Shown here one piece after another: positions 9,920 to 18,800 of a stretch of DNA of 47,025 nucleotides (the first letter of the stretch is position 1; each line of letters begins with the position of its first letter). Position numbers and translations under genes: made by a program. This DNA is from a virus (lineage: Duplodnaviria > Caudoviricetes). The stretch is from positions 1 through 47,025 of IMG/VR virus record IMGVR_UViG_3300030376_003142. The stretch is one strand, 5' to 3'. The notes beneath the pieces are model-generated. The model was given only the letters and a program-made list of their open reading frames with translations. It did not search any database and was not told where the DNA came from.

Positions 9920-11199
9920 TGACTGTAGGTAACGACAAGAAAAATTGGTTATCTGGTTATAAGTTAGAGACTTTTACCCTTTTTACCAAAAATGGTGGTA
10001 ATGGTGGTAATGCTTTTCATGGTCAGTTTTTGTTTATAAAGTATTGGGAATCTGTTGGAAATACTGTCAGAGTTGATATAATCTGTAGTGATACATATGG
10101 ATTTCTTGATTCTTTACCTATTAGGAGTGGAGATGTTATTGAATTAGTAATCACCCATCCTAGTAGAAAGGAACCATTTGAATTTGTTGCTAAGAAAAAG
10201 AATAGATTGATAATATCTGAAATTGTTGCTGGTACTAGAGAAGCTAAGAGAGAAATGTATACACTTCAGTGTGTTACTGAGACTACTTTGAGTAATCATA
10301 CTACAAGATGTCCTGAGAAATATAAAGGAAAACCTAGTGATAGTGCTAAAACAATATTGAAGAAAGTGCTTAAAGTTGGGAAGAAGAGGATGGGAACTTG
10401 GCATGAATCATCAAATAAGTATGATTTTATGGGTAACTATATTAGACCTATTGAATTGTGTAATAGGTTAGCAGCAAAATCTGTTAGTAAGAAAACCTCA
10501 AAGAGTAGTGCTTCAAGGGGTAGTATGGGATTTGTATTTTTTGAAAATGAAACTGATGGTTATAATTTTATATCAATAGATGAGGTGATGGGTTCAAAAT
10601 CAAAATATGTTGAATATCAGTTACAATCATTCAATAATCCACTAAAACCAGATAATTATACTATTAAATCTCTACCATCATTTTCAAGTAGTCATGATAT
10701 TATAAAGAAACTTAGGATAGGTCAATATAAGTCTGCAAACTGGTACTTTGATATTATGAAGCGTACTCCTCATTTTGTTGAGTTTGACTATAGTAGTATA
10801 AAGGATACTGCTGAGAGAGATAAGTCAGTTCCTCATGATATTTCCGAAAAATATTCTCGTATTTTATTAAATGTGTTAGACTTAGGTGCAATCTCAAAGA
10901 AAGATACTCCTGTACCTGATTCCGAAACAATTGCTTGGAGACAAGCACATTCGGCTTCAAGATACCAATCTTTATTTTCATCTGTACTAGATATAACTGT
11001 CCCGATGAATTTCAACCTCAAAGTTGGTACTATGATAGACATCACAGTACCTAAACTAAATACTGAGGACACTAAATCAGGTAACAGTCCTTATTCAGGT
11101 AAATGGATGATAGCTAAACTATCACATGAGTTTGGTCACCCTACTGGTGATTTTACTGGTTTATCTCTCATAAGAGATTCATTTTCTGCAAATGCATAA
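9919..11199 (+). CDS. Baseplate hub protein (gp27-like)
   Basis: YWES...LPIRSG...GFVFFENE.GYNF.SID...ITVPMNFNLKVG..I...YSGKWMIAKLSH.F...L.LIRDS; lies shortly upstream of gp5. Confidence 0.55.
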   Translation: MTVGNDKKNWLSGYKLETFTLFTKNGGNGGNAFHGQFLFIKYWESVGNTVRVDIICSDTYGFLDSLPIRSGDVIELVITHPSRKEPFEFVAKKKNRLIISEIVAGTREAKREMYTLQCVTETTLSNHTTRCPEKYKGKPSDSAKTILKKVLKVGKKRMGTWHESSNKYDFMGNYIRPIELCNRLAAKSVSKKTSKSSASRGSMGFVFFENETDGYNFISIDEVMGSKSKYVEYQLQSFNNPLKPDNYTIKSLPSFSSSHDIIKKLRIGQYKSANWYFDIMKRTPHFVEFDYSSIKDTAERDKSVPHDISEKYSRILLNVLDLGAISKKDTPVPDSETIAWRQAHSASRYQSLFSSVLDITVPMNFNLKVGTMIDITVPKLNTEDTKSGNSPYSGKWMIAKLSHEFGHPTGDFTGLSLIRDSFSANA

Positions 11200-11201
11200 A
11201 C

Positions 11202-11471
11202 ATGACTACTAAAGTTCCACAACACGATCTAAACCATGAGGTTTATATTGATCCAAAGGATCATAAGGAACATGTCAACCATGGCATGATTGAATATAGT
11301 GAAGCAGATTTAGAGATGCACAATGATGCTTTTCATGCTCATGAAGAGGGTGAAGAGAATCCAGGTGGTGCAAAGATCAATGATTGGCACACAAGACATG
11401 AAGATAAGCATCTTGAAGTCTATTGTGACAACCATCCTGATTCACTAGAATGTAGAGTTTACGACGATTAA
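11202..11471 (+). CDS. cp12: CP12 Calvin-cycle inhibitor (auxiliary metabolic gene)
   Basis: C-terminal LEVYCDNHPDSLECRVYDD is the CP12 C-terminal cysteine-pair motif; position just before gp5 is typical of cyanomyoviruses. Confidence 0.92.
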   Translation: MTTKVPQHDLNHEVYIDPKDHKEHVNHGMIEYSEADLEMHNDAFHAHEEGEENPGGAKINDWHTRHEDKHLEVYCDNHPDSLECRVYDD

Positions 11472-13552
11472 TGTTAGAATCTGTATCTATTGATAAGAAG
11501 CACGTTGGTGAAGACGGATTTTACTGGTTTATTGGCCAGGTAGTCCTTGATAAAGCTTGGCGTGACGATAAATCAGGTAAAGAGAAAGATGCAGATAAAC
11601 AATCTAGGAAGTTTGGTTATAGAGCCAAGGTAAGAATACTAGGTAAACACCCACATCTTGATATAGTAAAAGATGAAGAATTACCTTGGGCTCATTTCTT
11701 AGTACCTCCTACAATGGGTACTGGTGTCAATTACCATGGTGTCAGTAGTCAAATACAAGGTGGTGAGACTGTTTTTGGTTTCTTCCTTGATGGACTTGAT
11801 GGACAGCAACCTGTAATATTTGGTGGATTATACCAACATGAGAATATTACTGGTATAAAGGATTGGAATTCTGTAATAAGTAAAGGTACTTCTGGATTCT
11901 CGCCCATATCTGTTGATCCAAAACTTACTACTGGTAGTTCAACAACTCAATTAGGTGCTAATGTAAGACCAACTGATGATGGGCAACCTTTCAAGGGTGG
12001 TGGACTTAGTAATCAGAACCAAGAGGTAATATCATCATCAGGTGCATTAGTTAAAACTGTAACTAAACATTTTCATAATTTACCAGTTGAAGTTCGTAAG
12101 GCAACTTTATGTAATACACCTGCTATTGCCATGGGAGATGTAACCAAGGAAATGCAAGGTTTTATAAGTAAAATCCAAGGATTGAAAAAGATAAAAGGTG
12201 GATTTCTTGATCCAGTTTTGAATAGAATAGTCGATATGAATAATATTATTGACAAGGTTTCTGACAAGATAACAGGTGGTCTGACTGGTGTTATAAGAAC
12301 AACAAGATCCCAGTTATTCGCTAAGATTGATGAGAAGTTGGGTGATGCTATTGATATGCTTAAACCAGACTTTCTTACTAAGAAAATTGCTGCTTTGAAG
12401 CAGAAAGAGGGTCTTTACTGTTTGATGGAAAATATGTTAAGTGGATTGAAGAATCTTATAAAGGGGTTTTTGAAAGGGTTGCTAGGTAAAATTATTAGCT
12501 TCCCTTTATGTGCTGCTGAACAATTCCTTGGAGGTCTCTTTAGTAAGATAACAAATAAAATTCAAAAGCTTATTGGAGGTCCAATGGCTGCTTTGGGTAT
12601 GTTGGGTGGTATTCAGATGCCTAATTTTTCATCTATGTTGGGTAAGGCATTTGGTGCTGCACAATCATTATTGAAACTTATAAGTTGTGAACCATCTGCT
12701 TGTGATCCTAACCCAGCTGATTGGACTACTAACTCTGGTCCTTCTCTTAAGAAAGGATTGAATATCAAGAGAATGATCGGTATAACAGCATCATTAGGTA
12801 AGATGGATTTGAGTGTTACTGGTGTTCTTGGTGCTGCATTACCACAATTAGGTAAAATTGGTGAGACTGTTTCTACTGTAAAAGGACTTGCTGGAACTGT
12901 TACTAGAATGGGAAATTCATTATCTGATTTGGGATCTTCAGAATTAGGTGGATGTAATACCAGTTCTAAAGAATGCGGACCACCAAGGATTGAGATCTTT
13001 GGAGGTGGAGGTATTGGTGCTATTGCTAAAGCAGTAGTTAGTGAAACTGGTAAGGTTGTTGGTGCTAATATGGAAGATCTTGGACTTGGATATGATGAAG
13101 AACCATATGTAACAATCATAGATGATTGTGATAATGGTAAAGGTGCAACTGGTAGAGCAATACTTAAAGATGGTAAAGTAATTAAGATTGTTATGGATGA
13201 AGGTGGAGGTGGTTATCTTGGTGGAGGTAGTGAAGAAGGTGATGCAGTAATTGGTGCTGTTGATGGTGCAGACGTAGTAAATACTGGTTCTGGATATGTT
13301 AAAGGAGATTATATTGAGACTTCTAATGGCGGTAGGTTAGAACCAGAGATAGAAGATGGTAGAATAACTGGTGTATCTGGTATTGTTGACATTGGTTTAG
13401 GTGATATACCTGAACTTACAGTTATTACTAAGACAGGTTTTGGTGCATTTATTAAACCAATAACAATATTCAAACCTGTTGAAGAATACTCTGATCCTGT
13501 TGTTGCCAATGCACAGATTTTAACAGTTGTTGATTGTCCTAAGGGGTACTAA
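11471..13552 (+). CDS. gp5: Baseplate hub gp5 (N-terminal OB-fold part)
   Basis: GEDGFYWFIGQV...RAKVRILGKHP...LPWA...GETVFGFFLDGLDGQQPVIFG; C-terminal GGGG.GA.A/G.GY repeats. Confidence 0.88.
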   Translation: MLESVSIDKKHVGEDGFYWFIGQVVLDKAWRDDKSGKEKDADKQSRKFGYRAKVRILGKHPHLDIVKDEELPWAHFLVPPTMGTGVNYHGVSSQIQGGETVFGFFLDGLDGQQPVIFGGLYQHENITGIKDWNSVISKGTSGFSPISVDPKLTTGSSTTQLGANVRPTDDGQPFKGGGLSNQNQEVISSSGALVKTVTKHFHNLPVEVRKATLCNTPAIAMGDVTKEMQGFISKIQGLKKIKGGFLDPVLNRIVDMNNIIDKVSDKITGGLTGVIRTTRSQLFAKIDEKLGDAIDMLKPDFLTKKIAALKQKEGLYCLMENMLSGLKNLIKGFLKGLLGKIISFPLCAAEQFLGGLFSKITNKIQKLIGGPMAALGMLGGIQMPNFSSMLGKAFGAAQSLLKLISCEPSACDPNPADWTTNSGPSLKKGLNIKRMIGITASLGKMDLSVTGVLGAALPQLGKIGETVSTVKGLAGTVTRMGNSLSDLGSSELGGCNTSSKECGPPRIEIFGGGGIGAIAKAVVSETGKVVGANMEDLGLGYDEEPYVTIIDDCDNGKGATGRAILKDGKVIKIVMDEGGGGYLGGGSEEGDAVIGAVDGADVVNTGSGYVKGDYIETSNGGRLEPEIEDGRITGVSGIVDIGLGDIPELTVITKTGFGAFIKPITIFKPVEEYSDPVVANAQILTVVDCPKGY

Positions 13553-14112
13553 TGGGTACTAAATTTCCACCACATATAATTAATCATCCTGAGAGTGGTC
13601 AGATTAGGATAGGTGAGGAAGATGACCCTGCAACTGTGAGAATTGCAGAGATTGCTGTTAATTCAGGATCTGCTGCTTCTCTTAGGTTATTCAAAGATGG
13701 TGGATGGGAAATCCAAGCAACTGATAATAAGAAGGGTTCTAATCTAATACAAAGGGGTGCAGGTCCAATTAATATAAAATCTGAGGGTGATCTCAATATT
13801 GATGTTGATGGAACATTTTCAGTCAAAGCAAAAAATATTTACATGGATGCTTTGGGTGGAGAGGATCCAAAAAAACCAGGAGGAGATATTGCTCTTACAG
13901 CAATGCATAACTTTAAAGTAGAAGCAAAGAATAATGTTAACATTATAGGTAAAGGAAATGTAACAGTTCAAGCGAGTGATAAACTAATATTACACTCATT
14001 TGGATGGAGTATTCTTATTGGTCAAGTAGTTAGAATACACGAACCTAAATCTAAATTAATTCCAGGTTCACTCAAGAGTTACATAGATACATTGCAATTA
14101 GGAGAAGGATAA
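13552..14112 (+). CDS. gp5 C-terminal beta-helix/spike-like protein
   Basis: HPESG...LRLFKDGGWEI...INIKSEGDLNIDVDGTFSVKAKNI short beta-repeat; translationally coupled to gp5. Confidence 0.5.
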   Translation: MGTKFPPHIINHPESGQIRIGEEDDPATVRIAEIAVNSGSAASLRLFKDGGWEIQATDNKKGSNLIQRGAGPINIKSEGDLNIDVDGTFSVKAKNIYMDALGGEDPKKPGGDIALTAMHNFKVEAKNNVNIIGKGNVTVQASDKLILHSFGWSILIGQVVRIHEPKSKLIPGSLKSYIDTLQLGEG

Positions 14113-14933
14113 TGGCAGGTATTCCAGACGTTGATGTACATAAGATCTATATTGGCAATGAAGAGCCAAAGGATGATAGATCTATAAAATATTTGGATGG
14201 TGATAAACCATTTGAAGGTACATTAGCAGTTGCTGGACCAAGTTACCTAGGTGGTCACAGTGGTAGTGGTAATGGAACTTTGAATGTTGGAACTGCTATA
14301 GATGTATGGAAACCAAAGATAGAAGAACGTGCAGTAGATGTAGAGGGTGATGTCAATATTTTAGGTAAGAAAGGACCGAATCATGTTAATATTGTAGGTA
14401 ATGTATATGTCACAGGAACAGTTGATTGCTTATCAACAGGAAGATTAGAGTCAAGACACAAAGTTGCTGATGGATTACCTGCGAAACCTTTTGATATACA
14501 ACACCCAACTAAAGGAGAGGGACATAGACTTCGCCATGTTTCACTAGAAGGACCAGAATCTGGAGTTTATTATCGTGGCAGAACTAGGACAAATGAAATA
14601 ACTTTACCAGATTATTGGAAAGAATTAGTTCATGTTGACAGTATTTCTGTTCAGTTACAACCGATTGGTTCTCATCAAAATATTATTGTTAAAGAATTTG
14701 ATAATGAGAAGATAATTATAGAGTCTGATAACTATCTTGAAAAAATAGATTGTTTCTACCATGTATATGGTGAAAGAAAAGATGTGAATTCATTACTTGT
14801 TGAGTATGAGGGTAATGGTAGATATGATTATCCAGATCCAAACTTTAATGAGAACTCTAATGTTCCACTTGAGGAAAGAAATTATAATGATCCTCAATAT
14901 AATTATGGGCAAAACACCAAGACTGTGTTATAA
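14112..14933 (+). CDS. Virion/spike-associated protein with C-terminal chaperone-like domain
   Basis: KPFDIQHPTK...RLRHVSLEGPESGVYYRG...LPDYW...SVQLQP...CFYHVYGERKDV. Confidence 0.55.
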   Translation: MAGIPDVDVHKIYIGNEEPKDDRSIKYLDGDKPFEGTLAVAGPSYLGGHSGSGNGTLNVGTAIDVWKPKIEERAVDVEGDVNILGKKGPNHVNIVGNVYVTGTVDCLSTGRLESRHKVADGLPAKPFDIQHPTKGEGHRLRHVSLEGPESGVYYRGRTRTNEITLPDYWKELVHVDSISVQLQPIGSHQNIIVKEFDNEKIIIESDNYLEKIDCFYHVYGERKDVNSLLVEYEGNGRYDYPDPNFNENSNVPLEERNYNDPQYNYGQNTKTVL

Positions 14934-14952
14934 TATAGAAAAATAGTTTATC

Positions 14953-15195
14953 ATGGCAAAGCATACCCATTTACGTGGAAGAGTCAGACTCGATGGGATT
15001 ATTGAATTTCCTGAAGATTGGTTCAATAGAATCAATACAGAATCGATCAATGTTCAATTGACATCTAATTCTGTTCATCAAGAACTTTTTGTTGAAAGCA
15101 TTCCTTATGGTAGGAAAGTAATTGTACGAAATGCTAGTGGTGGAGCTATAGACGCTTTTTATAGTGTCACAGCTGACCTGACAGATGAAGCATAG
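14953..15195 (+). CDS. Hypothetical protein, paralogous to the C-terminal domain of 14112..14933
   Basis: RGR...IEFPEDW...ESINVQLT...IDAFYSV aligns with RGR...ITLPDYW...DSISVQLQ...IDCFYHV. Confidence 0.6.
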   Translation: MAKHTHLRGRVRLDGIIEFPEDWFNRINTESINVQLTSNSVHQELFVESIPYGRKVIVRNASGGAIDAFYSVTADLTDEA

Positions 15196-15230
15196 TACGC
15201 TATAATAGGAATTATATACGAAATCCTCAC

Positions 15231-15419
15231 ATGTTTGTCAACGAGTATGTTAGTAGAGTTGAGGTAAACATCCTTAGAAGGACGTTTACAATTTTTGGTT
15301 GTGATGGAACCAAACAAGAACTTACATGCGATGATGCTGATCAATTTACGAATGTTCTAAACGTAACACGAACAGCTACGGAGGTTGATGAAGAAATAGA
15401 GTTAGTATACATAAGTTAG
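15231..15419 (+). CDS. Conserved cyanophage hypothetical protein
   Basis: Compact ORF (VSRVEVNILRRTF.I...DG....LTCD.ADQF.NVL) filling the gene-dense interval. Confidence 0.65.
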   Translation: MFVNEYVSRVEVNILRRTFTIFGCDGTKQELTCDDADQFTNVLNVTRTATEVDEEIELVYIS

Positions 15420-15430
15420 TAGCAAAATCT

Positions 15431-15757
15431 ATGACACCGAATCGGCATGACATACCCCTTATAGGAGACTTCTATACTAAAGATGAAGTGGATAAGATGG
15501 TGGCAGATGCTCTTGCAAAAGCAAGAGCAATTGATGAAGAATCAATGCGTCTGCACAATCGAAATGCTACTATTATTAGTATGATCCTTGGATTTACATG
15601 TCTTGCTTTGTTTCTTGATGGAACTTTACGATTACTCGGAATTATACCACCATTCTTAGATATTGATATAAGTATCGTAGATAAGATTGCCGATAAAGTA
15701 GAAAATGAGGTTTTGCCATTAGTTCAACAAGCAAAGGGATACATCCCTAGGATCTGA
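15431..15757 (+). CDS. Cyanophage membrane protein
   Basis: HNRNATIISMILGFTCLALFLDG.LR.LGIIPPF.DIDI transmembrane segment. Confidence 0.7.
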   Translation: MTPNRHDIPLIGDFYTKDEVDKMVADALAKARAIDEESMRLHNRNATIISMILGFTCLALFLDGTLRLLGIIPPFLDIDISIVDKIADKVENEVLPLVQQAKGYIPRI

Positions 15758-15864
15758 TGGAAAAGACGGAAACTAAAGAAAAAGAATCCTCAGAAGAACC
15801 CTTATCTGAAGAGGAAGAGTATTTTCTCAAGCTGCATAAGGAATTCAACGACGATGGTTGCTAA
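15757..15864 (+). CDS. Small acidic hypothetical protein (35 aa, absent from the ORF track)
   Basis: MEKTETKEKESSEEPLSEEEEYFLKLHKEFNDDGC*; ATG overlaps the upstream TGA. Confidence 0.45.
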   Translation: MEKTETKEKESSEEPLSEEEEYFLKLHKEFNDDGC

Positions 15865-15867
15865 ATA
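15860..15867 (+). promoter_or_regulatory. T4-type late promoter
   Basis: GCTAAATA about 32 nt upstream of the 1827-aa structural gene. Confidence 0.55.
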
Positions 15868-15899
15868 GGTTGAAGGAATGGTGTCAGGATTTATAGGTA

Positions 15900-18800
15900 A
15901 TGCCGTTAAGTAGACTTGAAAATTTTCTAAAGAATATTCAGGGTAACGTAATATACGTAAACCCAGAAGAACTTGATGCGACTGATGATGTCAGCAACAC
16001 AGGTAATTCCAGAACTCGTCCGTTCAAGACGATACAAAGAGCACTGATAGAATCAGCAAGATTTTCATATCAATTAGGTAAAGATAACGATAAGTTTGAT
16101 AAGACTACTATTATATTAAGTCCAGGTGTACACTACGTTGATAACCGTCCAGGTTATAAGATTGACACTGCTGGAACTGTAAATGATATAAATGGATCTT
16201 CACAAACAATAAATCAATTATCTGTAGGTACAGAGTTTGATCTACAGAATGCAGGGAACGTATTATATCAATTTAATAGTATTCATGGTGGTGTTATTCT
16301 ACCTCGTGGTACATCTATAGTAGGTCAGGATCTTAGAAAAACTAAGGTAAGACCAAAGTTTGTTCCTGATCCAAATGATACTACTGTTGCTTCTAGTGCA
16401 ATATTCAGAGTAACAGGTGGTACTTATGTTAGAGAAGTTAGTATATTTGACGGAGATCCAGCAGATAGAGTTTACAAAGATTACACAAATAATGTTTATC
16501 AACCCAATTTTTCACACCATAAACTAACTTGCTTTGAGTTTGCTGATGGTGTCAATACAGTTACTGGTCAAGGTATAACAGATCTTGATATGTATTATGC
16601 TAAGTTGACCTTAGCATATGGTAATAGTTCTGGTCGTGCTTTACCAACATACCCAACTAATGATGATTTTGAACCTGTAGTTGATGAAGCTAGAATTGTT
16701 GGAGAGATTTCTCAACTAGGTTCTCTTGAGATTGAGGACATTTATTCTGGTATCAATCCTTCAGATCCTACTGCAACAACAATTGTTTCTGTTGTTACGT
16801 CAGAACCACATGGTTTCAACGTAGAAACTCCTATCAATGTTAAGGGTGTAGCAGGTAATAGTAATGTAAATGGTACTGAGTATGATGGTGTTCATGTTGT
16901 TTCACAGGTTCTAAGTGATACTTTATTCACTTATTCTGTAAACACAGCACCAGCTGCAACAGCTACACCAAACTTAGCAGGTCTTTCTCCAATAGTTACA
17001 GTAGAAAGTGATACTGTAACATCATCATCACCTTATATCTTCAACTGTTCACTCCGATCTGTATTCGGAATGAATGGTTTATATGCTGATGGTAGTAAAG
17101 CAACTGGATTCAAGTCCATGGTTGCTGCCCAGTTTACTGGCATATCCTTGAACAAGGATGATACTGCATTCGTAAAGTATAATAATACAAGTGGAACTTA
17201 CCAAGACCAGGCAGCACTTGGTACTTCTGCTGTATTACATACTGATTCAAGAGCAAGACATAAGCCAACATATGAAAGTTTCCACATAAAAGCATCTAAT
17301 GATGCTGCTCTTCAGTTAGTTTCTACATTTGCTGTAGGTTGTGGTAAACAGTTTATTTGTGAGTCTGGTGCTGATGCTTCTATTACCAACTCTAACTCTA
17401 ACTTCGGTTCAGTTGGTTTTGGTGCAGATGGATCTAAATCTGATGCTTTCTCAAAAGATGATAAAGGATTTATTTCAGGTATTGTACCAGCACAGAAAAA
17501 TTACGCTAAAATTATCAACTATAACTGGTTGAAACTTGACGTAGAACTTACTGTTGCTGCTCCTAGTACTAAACTGTACTTGAGAGGATACAATAACAAG
17601 GACACAATCCCGCCAGCTCAAAGTTCAATCTATACTGTTGGTAACAAAGTAGGAGAAGACTTAGGTCTAACTGTAGCAGGTATTACTTCTACTGCTAATG
17701 TCTTGATGACAGTTCCAAGTGGTTCGGGAGTTTCTGGTAAGAAGGAATATCATGTAGGACGTGCTGCAGGTATTAATAGTATTACTACTAATACTATAAC
17801 ATTACAAGGTAGTCATAACTTATTCCAAGGGGAGTCAATCCAGTTCTTCTCTGATACAGGATCCTTACCTGATGGTCTTGATTATGGTAAGACTTATTAT
17901 GCTATAACACAGTCACCACTAGCAAGTGACCAGATAAAGATTGCTACATCAATATCTAATGCCTTAGCAAATAATGCTATAACTGGTATTAATAATCTTG
18001 GTGGTGGACTAAGAATAGTTTCTGACGTTGCTATGAAGCAACCAGGAGATCCAGGTCATCCAGTACAGTTTGATGGTACAGGTTGGTATGTTAATGTAGA
18101 TAGTGGTAATTTACTTCATACACTGATAACACAGAATCAGTCAACCATTACACCAGAGACATCTAACACCTTTATTAAGAGAAAACCAGATAATAGAAAA
18201 GATTTACAGAAGATATACAGACTAAGATATGTTTTACCTGATGGTGCAACTAACGCTTCTCAACCACAGAACGGATATTCCATTGCAGATAGTGGTACTG
18301 TAATTGATGATGATAAGTTCCAGAATGATAATACACCTCTTACTGGTGACTTAGATCTAAGATCTGATACTAATATTATACATGCTTCATGGGCATCTAA
18401 TGTTGGTATTATTACAACTAAGTTCCCACACAGATTGAGGCGTGGACAGGTTATACAGATCAATAGATTGAGATCTGAGAATAATGCTAATGGTGTTTCT
18501 AACCTTGGTTATAATGGAATGCATGAAATCTTATCTATTGATGATAAGAAGACGTTTAGAATTGGTATAAACACTAACCCAGGTGGTATTTCAACTATAA
18601 CTCCATCTGTCCCCTATACTTTCCATAACCTAAACATTGTTGGTTCTGGTAGAACATTCTCTCCATACTTTGTTAGGAAGGATTATGGTAACTCATACCA
18701 GATCTTCAACCAAGAACAAGTTCAGGAGCATCAAGAAGGAAGACAGGATGGTGTTTATGATTTAACACTTGTTGGTTATACTAACATACCTGAGATTGCA

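Noticed and set aside
1120-13826. Alternative-frame or antisense ORFs inside structural genes (e.g. 6782..7390, 12613..13119, 4379..4768)
   Set aside because: They largely overlap well-supported genes and have no protein-family features
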